Assembly (NCBI GenBank): GCA_963743525.1
Contig: CAVUQH010000004.1
Span: 704,001-768,000, forward strand
Direction: 5' to 3'
Source: an uncultured delta proteobacterium
Lineage (GTDB): Bacteria; Myxococcota_A; Polyangia; Haliangiales; Haliangiaceae
DNA: 64,000 nucleotides
A program made the translations under genes and the position numbers. Of the stretch, positions 9,435 to 27,165 are shown in pieces. Within the stretch, counting starts at the first letter, position 1. Each line of letters begins with the position of its first letter. Below the pieces are notes generated by a model. That model did no database searches and was not told where the DNA came from. It saw only the letters and a program-made list of their open reading frames with translations.

Positions 9435-11060
9435 ATGTTACCCACTTACCGCACGGGCGCGCACTCCTGCCCGCTCCCGCGGCGCGGCTATTGGGCCCTC
9501 CTGGCGGGGGCACTTGCAGGGCTTGCGGGGGGTTGCGCGGCGGACGGGGGGGTCGAGCTGGACCTCAGGCTACCCGAGCGGCCGGAGCTATCCCCGACTC
9601 AGGCCGAGATCGGCTCTGTAGGGTTGGTCACCTACGTCCCCGATCAGCCGCCGCGCAGCGAGACCCGGCAGATCTCCGGCGGGGCCACCCAGCTGAGCCT
9701 GGGCCGGCTCGAGATCGGCGACGGAATCAGCCTGGCGGTGGAGATGCGAGCGCCCAACCAGCGGCTGGTCGGCTACGGCCGCTCGCCCGGACCGATCGAC
9801 GTGGCCGCCGACCAGATGGTGCAGGTGCCGATCAACATGCGCCGGCCGTTCGTCTACGTCACCGGCGGCAGCCAGCTGGCGACGTTCGACTCGACCCGCG
9901 ACGCAGCCGGGGCGACCGACTACCGCGGCAGCATTCCGCTGGCGCGCGCGCCCAGCGTGGCCGCGGCGACCGCGGACGGCCTCGACGTGGTCGTGGTCAG
10001 CGACACCGGCAACGGCGCCGAGCTGTCGCTGGTGTCGACCTCGACCCACGAGCCCAGCACCGCCGCGCCGGTGCCGCTCAACGCAGCGCCCAGCGACATC
10101 GCCATCTCGCCCGACAGTCACTGGGCGGTGGTCGGTCACTCGGGCGCCCAGGGCGGACTGTCGATCGTCGACCTCGGCGCTGCGCGCGCGGGGCAGGCGG
10201 CGGTGCAGTTCGTGCCGATCGGCTCGGTCGGTGCGGTGATCATCGGCGCCCACACCTCCAAGCCGCGGGCGGTCGCCCTGCTCGACCGCGCCCCCGGCCC
10301 CGGCTGCCAGACCGGCGACATCGCCTCCAGCGTGGTCACGGTGTCCCTGGCTGATGCGTCGATGGGCCCGAGCTTCGACCTGGGTACCCCGGTTCGCGAC
10401 ATCGCCGTCTCCGACGACGGCGGCTTCGTCTTCAGCGCCGACGTCTGCAGCGACAAGATCGACAAGCTGTCGCTCGACGACGACGTCCAGCCGGCGCCGC
10501 TGCTCATGGTGCCGCAGCCGACCGCGGTGGCGGTGTTCGACGATCGGGTGTGGGCCGTGGGCACCGAGCCGCCGGCCGGCAACCTGCCGTGGCGGTTGAT
10601 GCTGGTGTCGGCGCGCGACGACGGCACCGGCGAGACCCGGGTCGAGCTGCCGCAGATCCAGGAGAGCGCGCGCTCCGACGACTTCACCGGCAACGGCCAG
10701 GCGGCCGAGCAGCGCATGGACGCCGACTCGCTGGAGGCCTACGACCTGGCGGTGACGCCCGGCGCCGACCACCTGGCGATCCTGGTGTGGGAATGGTTCC
10801 AGGCCAGCGAGATGGGCAGCTTCCTCGGCCAGCCGATCATTCCGGCGATGACGCTGGAGTCGCGCGAGTACTTGCTGGTCAACGCGTTGACGACGGCGAT
10901 CGTCCAGCGGGTGCGCACCAGCTGCGACCTGCAGTGGGAGAGCGACCCGTTCAACCCGCCCGTCCTCGACAGCTGGTCGTGCACACAGGACTCCGGCCAG
11001 GACGTCTCCAGCGAAGCGTACAACCCGAAGCACGTGTCGATCCTGTACGGAAGCCGATGA
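9435..11060 (+). CDS. Lipoprotein with probable beta-propeller
   Basis: Lipobox LAGGC; repeated blade-like segments (PSDIAISPD, VRDIAVSDDG, PTAVAV, AYDLAVTPG). Start uncertain. Confidence 0.65.
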   Translation: MLPTYRTGAHSCPLPRRGYWALLAGALAGLAGGCAADGGVELDLRLPERPELSPTQAEIGSVGLVTYVPDQPPRSETRQISGGATQLSLGRLEIGDGISLAVEMRAPNQRLVGYGRSPGPIDVAADQMVQVPINMRRPFVYVTGGSQLATFDSTRDAAGATDYRGSIPLARAPSVAAATADGLDVVVVSDTGNGAELSLVSTSTHEPSTAAPVPLNAAPSDIAISPDSHWAVVGHSGAQGGLSIVDLGAARAGQAAVQFVPIGSVGAVIIGAHTSKPRAVALLDRAPGPGCQTGDIASSVVTVSLADASMGPSFDLGTPVRDIAVSDDGGFVFSADVCSDKIDKLSLDDDVQPAPLLMVPQPTAVAVFDDRVWAVGTEPPAGNLPWRLMLVSARDDGTGETRVELPQIQESARSDDFTGNGQAAEQRMDADSLEAYDLAVTPGADHLAILVWEWFQASEMGSFLGQPIIPAMTLESREYLLVNALTTAIVQRVRTSCDLQWESDPFNPPVLDSWSCTQDSGQDVSSEAYNPKHVSILYGSR

Positions 11061-11908
11061 CCGCACGCGTTCTCATCACCGCCATCTTCGTCGCCCTGCT
11101 CGCCGGCACGGCGAGCGCGCAGTCGCCCAACCCGAAGCGCCGGGTGGCGGTACTGGAGTTCCGCGCCGGCTCCGCCGAGTTGCCCAACGTCCACCAGCAG
11201 ATGGCCGACATCCTGCGCAGGGCGACGTCGCTCGACGTCGTCGACGTGACCGCCGCGCGGCGCATCTACGGCGACGACCTCGACAAGGACATCGTCACGT
11301 GCGCCGGCAACGCGCGCTGCGTCGCCAGGTTGGGCGCGAAGCTCAAGGCGTCCGAGGTGCTGCTGGTCGGAGTCAGCGAGTTCGGCGACGTCATCTTGAC
11401 GCTGCAGCGCATCCGCACCCGCGGCGGCAAGGTCGAGGCGCGCATCGCCGAGGCGATGGCGCCCGGCGGCAACCCCGACGACAAGGCTGTGCGCGCCTAC
11501 CTCGAACGGGTCATGCCCGAGAGCGACTTCCTCCGCTACGGCAAGATCCGCCTGCAGGCCAACGTCGTCGGCGCCAAGGTCGACATCGACGGCAAAGCCC
11601 GCGGCCTCACGCCGCTCGACCCGATCAAGGTGCCGGCGCCGGCTACCTACCTGATCAAGGTGACCAAGCCCGGCTACGTGCCGTTCCGCGTCAGGGTCCA
11701 CGTGCCGCCCGACGCCGGCGTCGACGTGCAGACCACGCTCACCCCGCGCGGCGGCGAGCAGGCCTGGTACAAGAAGTGGTGGGTCGCCGCCATCGCCGGC
11801 ACCGTCGTCGTCGGCGCCGCCACCGCCACGGTCATGGCCACCCGCGGCACGCCCAACGACGTTCCGGTCACCGCCACCATCGGCGGAACCTCCCTGCTCC
11901 GCTTCTGA
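11057..11908 (+). CDS. PEGA domain-containing exported protein
   Basis: ATGA overlap with the upstream gene; signal peptide; GAKVDIDGKARGLTPL..TKPGY; C-terminal WYKKWW plus TM helix. Confidence 0.8.
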   Translation: MTARVLITAIFVALLAGTASAQSPNPKRRVAVLEFRAGSAELPNVHQQMADILRRATSLDVVDVTAARRIYGDDLDKDIVTCAGNARCVARLGAKLKASEVLLVGVSEFGDVILTLQRIRTRGGKVEARIAEAMAPGGNPDDKAVRAYLERVMPESDFLRYGKIRLQANVVGAKVDIDGKARGLTPLDPIKVPAPATYLIKVTKPGYVPFRVRVHVPPDAGVDVQTTLTPRGGEQAWYKKWWVAAIAGTVVVGAATATVMATRGTPNDVPVTATIGGTSLLRF

Positions 11909-11911
11909 CGG

Positions 11912-12385
11912 CTACTCGTCGCCGAGCTCGAGGGACATGACGATTGCGTCCTCGCGGTTCTCTACGTAGTACTTGGGACGCAGGCCGACGGCGACGAAGC
12001 CGTAGCGTTCGTACAGGGCGATGGCCGGGCGGTTGGAGCGGCGCACTTCGAGGGTCAGGTAGCGACAGTCGTGGGCGCGGGCGACGGCCAGGAGGTTGTC
12101 CATCAGGGCGGCGGCGTGGCCGCGCTGGCGGCGCTCCGGGTGGGTGGCGATGTTGAGCAGGTGGATCTCGTCGCGGACGATCCAGTAGTTGCAGAAGGCG
12201 GCGACGCGGCTGACGCCGTCGGGGTCGCGTTCGCGGACCACGTCGATGCGCGCCCACTCGCGGGCCAGCTCCTCGACGAACACCTGCGCCGGCCACGGCG
12301 ACGGGTGGCCGCCGTCCTCGATCACCATTACCTGGTCGAGATCCTCGGCGGTCATCGGCGTGATCTCGACCCGGCGATTCCTCAT
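11912..12385 (-). CDS. rimI: Ribosomal protein S18 alanine N-acetyltransferase
   Basis: HLLNIATHPERRQRGHA, LTLEVRRSNRPAIALYERYGF, RPKYY, EDAIVM. Confidence 0.92.
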   Translation of the reverse strand: MRNRRVEITPMTAEDLDQVMVIEDGGHPSPWPAQVFVEELAREWARIDVVRERDPDGVSRVAAFCNYWIVRDEIHLLNIATHPERRQRGHAAALMDNLLAVARAHDCRYLTLEVRRSNRPAIALYERYGFVAVGLRPKYYVENREDAIVMSLELGDE

Positions 12386-12987
12386 CGCGACACCGATCGG
12401 ATGATCGCGCGCCACAGGTCGTCCTGGCCATCGCCGGTCTCGGCGGAGAACAGCACCGGATTGCGGCGAATGCCCAGCGCGCGCGACAGCGCCAGGCCGG
12501 CGGGCTTGCGCTTGGACTTGGGCAGCTTGTCGATCTTGGTCAGCACCGGGATGACCTCGATCTCGCGCTCGATCAGCCAGGCGGCCAGCTCCTCTTCTTC
12601 GCTCTCGGCGCCGCGGCGGGCATCGACCAGCAGCACGACCGCGCGCAAGACCCCGCGATCGCCGAGGTAGGCCTCGATCAGTGGCTGCCACTCGGCGCGG
12701 GTCTTCTTCGACACCTTGGCGTAGCCGTAGCCGGGCAGGTCGACGAAAGCGATCGAGTCGACCTTGCCGTCGCCGTTCGGCGGGTCGACGGCGAACCAGT
12801 TGAGCAACTGGGTCCGCCCGGGCGTGCGCGAGGTGCGCGCCAGTCCTGTCTGGCCGACCAGCGAGTTGATCAGCGACGACTTGCCGACGTTGGAACGACC
12901 GGCGAAGGCAATCTCGGGGACCTCCTCGGGCGGGAAGCCGTTGGGCGCCGCGGCGGAGATGATGAACGATGAACGTCGCGCGCGCAT
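12382..12987 (-). CDS. engB: Ribosome biogenesis GTPase EngB/YsxC/YihA
   Basis: G1 GRSNVGKSSLIN, TPGRTQ, DLPGYGYA, TKIDK. Confidence 0.95.
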   Translation of the reverse strand: MRARRSSFIISAAAPNGFPPEEVPEIAFAGRSNVGKSSLINSLVGQTGLARTSRTPGRTQLLNWFAVDPPNGDGKVDSIAFVDLPGYGYAKVSKKTRAEWQPLIEAYLGDRGVLRAVVLLVDARRGAESEEEELAAWLIEREIEVIPVLTKIDKLPKSKRKPAGLALSRALGIRRNPVLFSAETGDGQDDLWRAIIRSVSR

Positions 12988-12995
12988 GGTGGCTC

Positions 12996-13466
12996 CTAGT
13001 GGGCAATCCGCGCCCACGCCGCATCGACGTCGATCGGCTGAAGGCGCGTGGAGGTCCGGTGACAGCCGTTGCAGAGCGCTGCGCGCGCCCTGGGCGTCGA
13101 TAGATCGCGCAGCCCCAGCTGCTGCGCCAGGGCCGGGTCGCGCATGACGTCTTCGGCAGCATAGCCGGCGCCGCTTCCGTGGCAGCTCTCGCAGCCGACT
13201 CCCGAACCGTATGGCCGGCCGGCCGGCGCCTCGCCGGTGGCGTGGCAAGCCAGACAGCGGCGGTCGCTGACGCGGGCGCCGAGGGTCTCGCTGGCGTGGG
13301 CGTGAGCGCTCTTCTTCCACACCGCCAGCGCCGCCGGGTGACATTTCCCGCAGGCGTCGGTGCCGGTGAAGTCGGAGCGCGCCGCCGACGATGGCCGCAC
13401 CGGCGCGAGGACCCACGCGGCCAGCCCCGCCGCGACAACGAGCGCGATGTGCGCTGGGGCCCGCAT
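12996..13466 (-). CDS. Exported tetraheme cytochrome c (c554-like family)
   Basis: Signal peptide; four CxxCH motifs (CGKCH, CLACH, CESCH, CNGCH); WKKSAH and VGCESCHG. Confidence 0.85.
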   Translation of the reverse strand: MRAPAHIALVVAAGLAAWVLAPVRPSSAARSDFTGTDACGKCHPAALAVWKKSAHAHASETLGARVSDRRCLACHATGEAPAGRPYGSGVGCESCHGSGAGYAAEDVMRDPALAQQLGLRDLSTPRARAALCNGCHRTSTRLQPIDVDAAWARIAH

Positions 13467-13520
13467 CCGAATGCGGTTACCACGGCGCCGAGCCCCGGTC
13501 AAACGTGGTACTCATGCGGC

Positions 13521-14126
13521 GTGGACGGCGTGCGGGTCATCGGCTTGACCGGCGGAATCGCCAGCGGAAAGAGCACGGTAGCCCGCATGCTGACCGAGCT
13601 CGGCGCGCCGGTCGTAGACGCCGACCAGCTGGCCCGCGAAGTAGTGGCGCCAGGCTCCGACGGCCTGGCCGCCATCGTCGACCATTTCGGCGACCAGGTG
13701 CTCGACGCCGGCGGCGCCCTGGACCGCAAGAAGATGGCCGCCATCGTCTTTGCCGACCCGCAGGCGCGGGCGGCGCTCGAGGCCATCACCCACCCGCGCA
13801 TCGCCGCCGCCGGCCAGCGAGAAATCGGCCGCCACGCCGCCGCCGGCGCGCGCTACGTGGTCTACGAGGCCGCGCTGATCGTCGAGAACCGCCTGCAGTC
13901 GTGGATGCACGCGCTGATCGTCGTCGCCGTCCCGCCCGAGGTCCAGCTCGAGCGGATGATCGCGCGCGACGGCCTCGACGAAGCCGCTGCCCGGGCGCGG
14001 CTCGACGCCCAACTGCCGCTGGCCGACAAGATCGCGGTCGCCGACTACGTGGTCGACAACGCCGGCAGCGTGGACCAGACTCGCGCACAGGTCACTCGCA
14101 TCTGGAACCAGATCACCGACTCATGA
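13521..14126 (+). CDS. coaE: Dephospho-CoA kinase
   Basis: [36 protein letters not shown]. Confidence 0.95.
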   Translation: MDGVRVIGLTGGIASGKSTVARMLTELGAPVVDADQLAREVVAPGSDGLAAIVDHFGDQVLDAGGALDRKKMAAIVFADPQARAALEAITHPRIAAAGQREIGRHAAAGARYVVYEAALIVENRLQSWMHALIVVAVPPEVQLERMIARDGLDEAAARARLDAQLPLADKIAVADYVVDNAGSVDQTRAQVTRIWNQITDS

Positions 14127-15262
14127 GCACCTCCGACGACTTCCCCGAAACCGAGGACCCGCGTCCGTCCGAGCGGATCCTGGTCACCGGTTATCCCGCG
14201 TTCACCGCGCGGCGCATGGTGCGCAAGATCCTGGCCAGCGATGCGACGGCGCGGGTGATGGTGCTGGCGCGGGCGAAGTTCGCCGACGAGGCGCGCGCCT
14301 GGCTGGCGCAGCTGCCCGACGGCGATCGTGCCGAGCTGGTCGCCGGCGACGTCTGCCACATGGACCTGGGGCTATCGGGCAGCGAGTACCAGCGCCTGAC
14401 CCGCGAAGTCACCACCATCCATCACCTGGCCGGCATCTATTACATGGGCGTCGACAAGGCGACGGCCGAGCGGGTCAACGTCGAGGGGACGCGCGGCGTG
14501 GTCGAGCTGGCCGGCGAAACCAAGCGGCTGCGCCGACTCGTCCACTGGTCGACCGCGGCGGTGTCGGGCAAGCGCCGCGGCGTGGTGCTCGAGGACGAGC
14601 TCGACGCCGGGCAGTCGTTTCACAACTTCTACGAAGAGACCAAGTACCGCGCCGAGCTGCTCGCGCGGGAGGCCCAGCGGCGGATGCCGGTGACCATCCT
14701 CCGCCCCGGCGTCATCGTCGGCGACAGCCACACCGGCGAGATCGACAAGTTCGACGGGCCGTACTACCTGATGGTCCTCATCGTCACCAACTCGCTGCAC
14801 GTCCACCTGCCGCTGCCCGGCCGCGGCGTGGCGCCGCTGCACCTGGTGCCGATCGACTACGTCATCGACGCCGCCTACCAGCTGAGCGTCGACGCCCGCG
14901 CCGCCGGCAAGACCTTCCACCTGACCGACCCCAACCCGCTGCCCGCGCGCAAGGTCTACGAGATGGTCGCCGAGCGCGCCCACTCCAAGGCGCCCCGCGG
15001 CGTCATCCCCAAAGGCCTGGCTCGCGCGCTACTCAAGACGCCGGGTCTCGAGCGCCTCGCCCGCGGTCCCCTCTCCTTTCTCGAGTCGTTCGACCACCAG
15101 GTCTTCTACAACGCGATGAACGCCGCCGAGATCCTCGGCGACGCCGGCGTCCGCTGCCCGGCCTTCCCCAGCTACGTCGACCCGCTGGTCCGCTACGTCC
15201 GCGACGTCTACGACGCCCGCCGCCAGCAGATCGAAGACGACGTCTTCGACCCCTTCGACTAG
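14123..15262 (+). CDS. Extended SDR oxidoreductase (male-sterility/thioester-reductase-like)
   Basis: [40 protein letters not shown] overlap with coaE. Confidence 0.85.
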   Translation: MSTSDDFPETEDPRPSERILVTGYPAFTARRMVRKILASDATARVMVLARAKFADEARAWLAQLPDGDRAELVAGDVCHMDLGLSGSEYQRLTREVTTIHHLAGIYYMGVDKATAERVNVEGTRGVVELAGETKRLRRLVHWSTAAVSGKRRGVVLEDELDAGQSFHNFYEETKYRAELLAREAQRRMPVTILRPGVIVGDSHTGEIDKFDGPYYLMVLIVTNSLHVHLPLPGRGVAPLHLVPIDYVIDAAYQLSVDARAAGKTFHLTDPNPLPARKVYEMVAERAHSKAPRGVIPKGLARALLKTPGLERLARGPLSFLESFDHQVFYNAMNAAEILGDAGVRCPAFPSYVDPLVRYVRDVYDARRQQIEDDVFDPFD

Positions 15263-15294
15263 GCGCTGAGGACCATTTCGAGTGCGTTTTGCTG

Positions 15295-15331
15295 TTGACT
15301 TGGAACGAATTTGAAAGTTACTTTCAAATTC
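15295..15331 (+). promoter_or_regulatory. Sigma70-type promoter overlapped by a perfect 12-1-12 palindrome (Fur-like operator)
   Basis: TTGACT 15295-15300, TACTTT 15319-15324; GAATTTGAAAGT-T-ACTTTCAAATTC 15307-15331, immediately before ATG 15332. Confidence 0.7.
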
Positions 15332-16108
15332 ATGTTCAGGACGCTACTGATTTCCCTGGTCTTCTCCGTCGTGCTGGCGGGCTTCTCCGGATTGGCGCGC
15401 GCCGACCGGCGGTCGTTTCTCGAGACCTACGAGTACATGACGATGCCCGAGGGCGACGTCGAGCTCGAGTTCTGGAACCGGCAGCAGCGCGACTCGTTCG
15501 CGGCCGACGCGGCGCGCTCGTTCTCGCTGGAGCTCGAGCTGGAGTACGGAATCAGCTCGCACTGGGACATCGCCCTGTATCAGATGTTCGACCAATCGAT
15601 GGACCCGGCCGACCCGACGGCCGGCAGCACGTTCGGCTACGAGGGGACCAAGATCGAGACGCGGTACCGGCTGGGAGAGCGCGGGACCTACCCGGTCGAT
15701 ACGGTGCTCTACCTGGAGGTGGTCAAGGAGTTCCCGACCGACGTCTGGGAGGTCGAGCCGAAGATCATCCTCGCGCGCGACTTCGGCCCGGTGACGGCGG
15801 CGCTCAACGTGGCCGCCGGCATCGAGGTCAAACACCAGCTCGACATGGCCGGCAGCTCCGAGGTCGAGGCCGAGCTCGAGCCCAACTGGGCGTTCGGCCT
15901 GACCTACGAGATTTCGCCGGTCATCAAGGTCGGCGCCGAGACTTTCGGCAAGGCCGACCTGGAGGACAGCGACGTGACCGCATTCGCCGGGCCGTCGGTG
16001 TCGTGGGCGCCGTCGAGCAAGATCTGGATCGCGACCACGGCGGCGCTGGGCCTCACCGACGACAGTCCCCGCTACCAGCTGGGATTCATCGCCGGAGTGG
16101 GTCTCTAA
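15332..16108 (+). CDS. Exported putative outer-membrane beta-barrel protein (DUF6662-like)
   Basis: Signal peptide ending LARA; YEYMTMPEGDVELEFW; alternating amphipathic strands; C-terminal YQLGFIAGVGL. The family name is from recall only. Confidence 0.65.
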   Translation: MFRTLLISLVFSVVLAGFSGLARADRRSFLETYEYMTMPEGDVELEFWNRQQRDSFAADAARSFSLELELEYGISSHWDIALYQMFDQSMDPADPTAGSTFGYEGTKIETRYRLGERGTYPVDTVLYLEVVKEFPTDVWEVEPKIILARDFGPVTAALNVAAGIEVKHQLDMAGSSEVEAELEPNWAFGLTYEISPVIKVGAETFGKADLEDSDVTAFAGPSVSWAPSSKIWIATTAALGLTDDSPRYQLGFIAGVGL

Positions 16109-16112
16109 GCGA

Positions 16113-16169
16113 TTGACGGCGGCGGGGCGGGCGGAGTAGGATTGAAATTGAAAGCTGCTTTCAATTTCA
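16113..16169 (+). promoter_or_regulatory. Sigma70-type promoter followed by a perfect 13-1-13 palindrome (Fur-like operator)
   Basis: TTGACG 16113-16118, TAGGAT 16137-16142; TGAAATTGAAAGC-T-GCTTTCAATTTCA 16143-16169. Confidence 0.7.
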
Positions 16170-16170
16170 G

Positions 16171-16532
16171 GTGAGCCGAATGCTGTCCCTCCGTCTGATC
16201 CCCGTGGCCGTTCTGCTGTTGCTGGGCGCGTGCCGCCCCACGCTGCCCGCGGCAACCACCGCCGATGCCGATCGCGCAGCGCACACCTGGCCGGGAACGA
16301 CGGTCGCCGACCTCGAGCACGGGCGGCGGATCTACCTCGAGCGCTGTAGCAGCTGTCACCAGCCGGTCGCGCCGGCCAAGGTCACGCCGGCCGACTGGCC
16401 GGGGCACATCGCCGAGATGAAGACCCGCGCCCATCTGTCCGCGGAGCAAGCGCAGCTGGTCGAGCGCTACGTCGTGACCATGTCGCGCGCGCACGCCGAC
16501 GCCCGGACCGCACCGCAGCCACAGGCCTCGCG

Positions 16533-16536
<4 letters not shown>
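16171..16536 (+). CDS. Monoheme cytochrome c lipoprotein
   Basis: Lipobox LLGAC; GRRIYLERCSSCH; W..HIAEM (probable axial Met). Start GTG 16171 or ATG 16180. Confidence 0.85.
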
Positions 16537-17882
<1,346 letters not shown>

Positions 17883-17909
17883 AGTAGCAGGCGGGCCAGG
17901 TGGCGGGCC

Positions 17910-19121
<1,212 letters not shown>

Positions 19122-19198
19122 GGGGCTTCTCCTCGCTCTCGGTTCGAGAGGCCCCTCTATAGCAGAATCGGGCGCCGAACAGATCGCCGCTCTCGCGG

Positions 19199-20953
19199 CT
19201 ATCTGACCTCGAGGATGCCCTGCAGCATCAGCCGGGCCAGATGGCGGTAGGCCTCGATGGTCGTCATCCCCGACACGTCCACGATCTCCTCGATCGTCAG
19301 CGTGCCGTCGATGCGGCTGAGCAAGAAGACCGCTCGGCTGTCCAGCTCCTGCCCACCCAGCTCGTGCATCGGCACGGCCAGCATCGGCATGGCGTTGGTG
19401 TCACCCAGGTATGCCTCGTAGATCTCGACCAACAGGTCGCGGTGGCGGTGAATCAACTTCTGCGCCACGGCGCTTTCGGGAGCTTCGCTCAGCGCGAGCT
19501 CCAGGGAGGTGGCGGCCAGCTCGGTATCGCCGCGGTCGAGCTCGAGCCGCGCGCGATCGATGAACGAGCTGACCCACTGGCGAACGCGCTCGTCGCCCTG
19601 CAGCCGATCGGACAGGTCGCCCGCCACTTGATCGCGGAGGCGATCGCGCGCCGCGGCCCATGATTCGCCCGGCTGCCGGCCGGTGCCGGGCAGCCCGCCG
19701 CCGACGGACGCGGCGCCGGTCGCCTGCGACGGACGCTCGACCGTGAGCTCGTCGTCGCCGCCCAGGTCGGAGCGCATCTCCTGGATCGGACGGGTCGGGC
19801 CTCGCTCGACCGTTAGCTCGCTGTCGGTGGTCAACCGCTCGCCGTAGCCGGATGACATCGATCCGCGCTCGGTGGTCAGCTCGTCGTCCATCCCCGGCGA
19901 GGTCCCCTCGCGGAAGGTGACCCGCACCTCGGCGGTCTGTTCCTCGTGGCGATCGTCCTGGCGCGTGCCGAGATCGAGATCGTCGAGACCGCCGAGCTCG
20001 GGCAGCGCCAGCCCGCGCTTGACGATGCCGGGCCGCTCGACCGTCGTCTCCTCCGGCGGCACACCGTCACCGTGGGAGCCCAGCGCGCGGAGAGCATCTT
20101 CGGACAGGTTGAGGCTGCCCGAGGCCGGTACCTCGCCGCCGCCACCCGGCACGGTGATGTCGCTGTCGCTGTCGTGAACCTGCTCCGGCTCCGCCTGCAG
20201 CGCTTGTGGCCGGGCAATCTCGCGGGTCGGCGGCACGTCGTCGTACTCTTGCGCCAGATCCGTGCGCGGCAGCAGATCGAGGGTTTCCGCGGCCCCCTGT
20301 CGAGACGCCGCCAGATGCCGATCGACGGGCGGCAGGTCGAAATCCAGGGTGCCAGCACGCTGATCGACCACCTCGGCCGGCGCCGGTGCCCCGGGCAGGG
20401 CGTCGAGATCGATTTCGTCCGGAACCGATTCGCCCAGGGCGTCGTCGGGCACGCCCATTACACCGGCCGGGACCTGAGCGGCTCCGCCGAGGTTGGCGGT
20501 CGGAGCGCGGTGCTCGTTGGGCGGTGGGGGCAGCGCGGCTGCCTCGTCGAGCGACCAGCCGGCATCGACATCGTCGAACGCGTCCTGCGCCGCCTGGTAG
20601 AACGATTGCTGTGCCCGACTGGCAACCGGCTCCTCGGCGGGCTCGGGCTCACCGGAGGTGAGCTCGATCTCGTACTCGTCGGCCTCCGGCGCGTCCTCGA
20701 GCTCGAGATCTTCGTCGCCGGGGTCCAGCGAGACCCGGATGCCCGACGGCACCTCGTCCTCGCCCGGGTCCAGGCCGCGCGCTACCCGCTGGATGTACGT
20801 GTCGGGCTCGGTCGCGTGCGGATCGAGCAACCGGGCTCGATCCCAGTCGAGCATCGCGCCGCCCACGTCGCCGGCGCGAAACTTCTCCAGGCCCCGATCA
20901 CACAGCTCGCGAACGCGCTCTTCGACGCCCTGGTTGTCGGGAGGCGGCGACAT
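19199..20953 (-). CDS. Hypothetical protein: N-terminal TPR-like helix pair, long acidic linker, C-terminal winged-helix-like domain
   Basis: 584 aa ORF; acidic repeats ELTTER/ELTVER; C-terminal [21 protein letters not shown]. Confidence 0.7.
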   Translation of the reverse strand: MSPPPDNQGVEERVRELCDRGLEKFRAGDVGGAMLDWDRARLLDPHATEPDTYIQRVARGLDPGEDEVPSGIRVSLDPGDEDLELEDAPEADEYEIELTSGEPEPAEEPVASRAQQSFYQAAQDAFDDVDAGWSLDEAAALPPPPNEHRAPTANLGGAAQVPAGVMGVPDDALGESVPDEIDLDALPGAPAPAEVVDQRAGTLDFDLPPVDRHLAASRQGAAETLDLLPRTDLAQEYDDVPPTREIARPQALQAEPEQVHDSDSDITVPGGGGEVPASGSLNLSEDALRALGSHGDGVPPEETTVERPGIVKRGLALPELGGLDDLDLGTRQDDRHEEQTAEVRVTFREGTSPGMDDELTTERGSMSSGYGERLTTDSELTVERGPTRPIQEMRSDLGGDDELTVERPSQATGAASVGGGLPGTGRQPGESWAAARDRLRDQVAGDLSDRLQGDERVRQWVSSFIDRARLELDRGDTELAATSLELALSEAPESAVAQKLIHRHRDLLVEIYEAYLGDTNAMPMLAVPMHELGGQELDSRAVFLLSRIDGTLTIEEIVDVSGMTTIEAYRHLARLMLQGILEVR

Positions 20954-20972
20954 CGGCTCTGCCCCTTCACCG

Positions 20973-22808
<1,836 letters not shown>

Positions 22809-22845
22809 GGGCTCCTTCCGGGGCGAGCAGCGCCGACTGGGATTA

Positions 22846-23940
22846 TCACCGGGATCCGCGCAGTTTGCGAACCGCCGCGAGGTCTTCTTGCAGCTCGGCG
22901 ACCAGGACGTCGTTCTCGCTCTTCAGCGAGAGAGCGCGCTGGAGCACATCTTCGGCCGAATCCAGCGCCCCTGCGGCCCGGTGGACGTCGGCCAGGAGTC
23001 GGTGGGCGGATGGGTCATTTTTCGCTAACTCCACGGCTTTCTTCGCATATTCGGTCGCGATCGGAAGGTCCTTGGCGCCCAGGGCGCAACGCGCCGCCCG
23101 GCGCAGATATTTGTACTGGGGATCTTGCCGGACCACTGCCGCGAACAGCCGCAACGCGTCGGAAACATCCCCGCGAACCTCGAGGGCGCAGGCCTGGTCG
23201 AACAGCTGGGCCGCGTGCTCCTCGCGGGTCTGTGGCTTGCGCTTGCCGCCAGCCGGCACCTTGCCGGCGCGCACCGCCTCGTACTCCGCGCGACGCTGGG
23301 GATCCGTCAGGGTCTCGTAGGCGACCGAGCAGGCCTGGAACACCCGCGCCAACCAGTCGCCGAACGGCCCCACCGGCTTGCCGTAGTAGCGGTCCGGGTG
23401 GAACTCCTTGGACAGCTTGAAGTAGGCGCGCTTGACCGCCTTGCGATCGGCTCCCGGCTCGACGCCGAGCACGGCGTAGTAGTCACGGGTTCGCAGCCGC
23501 CGCAACATGGCCAGGACCCGGCGCCGATCCGCCGGCGCCAGGGCGACGTCGGCCTCCAGCGCAGCCCGCTCGGTGTCCGACAGCGTGGTCTCGTCCAGGA
23601 TCAGCGCCACCGCACCCGAGCCGCTGAGATCGTGGGACCCCGACGCCGGCTCCGGCACGGCCACGGCCGCGCGCATCTGTTCCGGGGTTTCGCCCGGCAG
23701 CAGCAAGGCACCCAACGAGCGCAGCTCGGTGAGGATCTGGATCGCCCGGTCGACGGGGAAGCCGGTCATCAGGATGAGGTCGTGCAGCGACGCCCGTCCG
23801 TCGACCCGACTGAGCACGTAGTACGACTCGCTGGTGAGCCCGCGTGCCCCCATCAGGTCGAACTCCGGGTTGAGGCGGACCCGCAGCGTCGCCTTGCCAA
23901 ACCCGGGGATTTCATTCGGCACCGCCAACCGGATCAGCAC
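22846..23940 (-). CDS. J-domain co-chaperone with N-terminal winged-helix-like domain and C-terminal TPRs
   Basis: DYYAVLGV..KRAYFKLSKEFHPD; TPR-like C-terminus; N-terminal YVLSRVDG. Confidence 0.88.
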   Translation of the reverse strand: MLIRLAVPNEIPGFGKATLRVRLNPEFDLMGARGLTSESYYVLSRVDGRASLHDLILMTGFPVDRAIQILTELRSLGALLLPGETPEQMRAAVAVPEPASGSHDLSGSGAVALILDETTLSDTERAALEADVALAPADRRRVLAMLRRLRTRDYYAVLGVEPGADRKAVKRAYFKLSKEFHPDRYYGKPVGPFGDWLARVFQACSVAYETLTDPQRRAEYEAVRAGKVPAGGKRKPQTREEHAAQLFDQACALEVRGDVSDALRLFAAVVRQDPQYKYLRRAARCALGAKDLPIATEYAKKAVELAKNDPSAHRLLADVHRAAGALDSAEDVLQRALSLKSENDVLVAELQEDLAAVRKLRGSR

Positions 23941-23980
23941 CCCAAACAGCTGAAACAGCTTACCACAGGGGCATCTCTGA

Positions 23981-26151
<2,171 letters not shown>

Positions 26152-26155
<4 letters not shown>

Positions 26156-27024
26156 CGGTTGTCCTCGCCTTCGATCGCTTTGGGAACCACCTGTGTGCCC
26201 ACACCCTCCGCGGTGAAGATCTCGAGCAGGAGCGCGTGCTCCAGGCGCCCGTCGATGATGTGGACCTTGCGCACGCCGTCGGCCAGAGCGGCGAGCGCGT
26301 TGTCGACCTTGGGAATCATGCCGCCGGAGATGGTGCCGCCGTCGATGAGCTCGCGCGCGACCTCGTCGGTCAAGGTCGACAGCAGCTCGCCGTTCTCGCC
26401 CTTGACCCCGGGCACGTCGGTCAGCAGCACCAGCTTCTCGGCGTCGAGGGCCACCGCCAGCCGCGCGGCAAAAGTGTCGGCATTGACGTTGAGGATCTCG
26501 CCCTCCGGGCCGACGGCCAGCGGCGCGATGATGGGAACGAAGTCACCGATGAGGTGGTCGATAGCGCTCCGGTCGACATCCGTGACATCGCCCACGAGAC
26601 CGAGGTCCGGCTGGCCCCCGACCCGGCGCGCTCGGGCCAGCCCGCCGTCGATACCCGACATGCCGACCGCGCGGCCGCCCAGGTGATTGACCAGCCGCAC
26701 CAGCTCCTGGTTGAGGCTGCCCCCGAGGACCATCGCCACCACTTCGAGGGTCGGCTCGTCGGTGACCCGCAGCCCGTCGACGAACGTCGGCTCCAGGCCC
26801 AGCCGGTCGAGCATCTGGCTGATCTGCTTGCCGCCGCCGTGAACCACGACCACGTCGATGCCGACCCAGTCGAGAAGGATCAGGTCTTCGGCGAAGCGGC
26901 GCCTGAGCTCCAGGTCCTCGAGCGCAGCGCCGCCGATCTTGACCACCACGGTGCGACCGCGGAAGGTCGAGATGTACGGCAGCGCCTCGATGAGAACGCG
27001 GGCCTTGTCGATGAGCTCCTGCAA
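26152..27024 (-). CDS. argB: Acetylglutamate kinase
   Basis: EALPYI, VVKIGG, VHGGG, GLRVTD, NVNAD, GGMIPK. Confidence 0.97.
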
Positions 27025-27165
27025 GGCGCCGAGCTTACCGGATCGACGTGGCGCGGGTCACGGCAAGAGGCACCGACATCGACGCTGGTGTGAATACCCG
27101 CTGAGCCCTCCTCGTCACATCGGCACGAACGCGAGGAATGGCCACCCTCGCCGGGCCGCGGTACC

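Noticed and set aside
11600..12300. C-rich to G-rich switch at the PEGA/rimI convergence
   Set aside because: C-rich 3' ends on each coding strand fit ordinary Rho-dependent termination at convergent genes.
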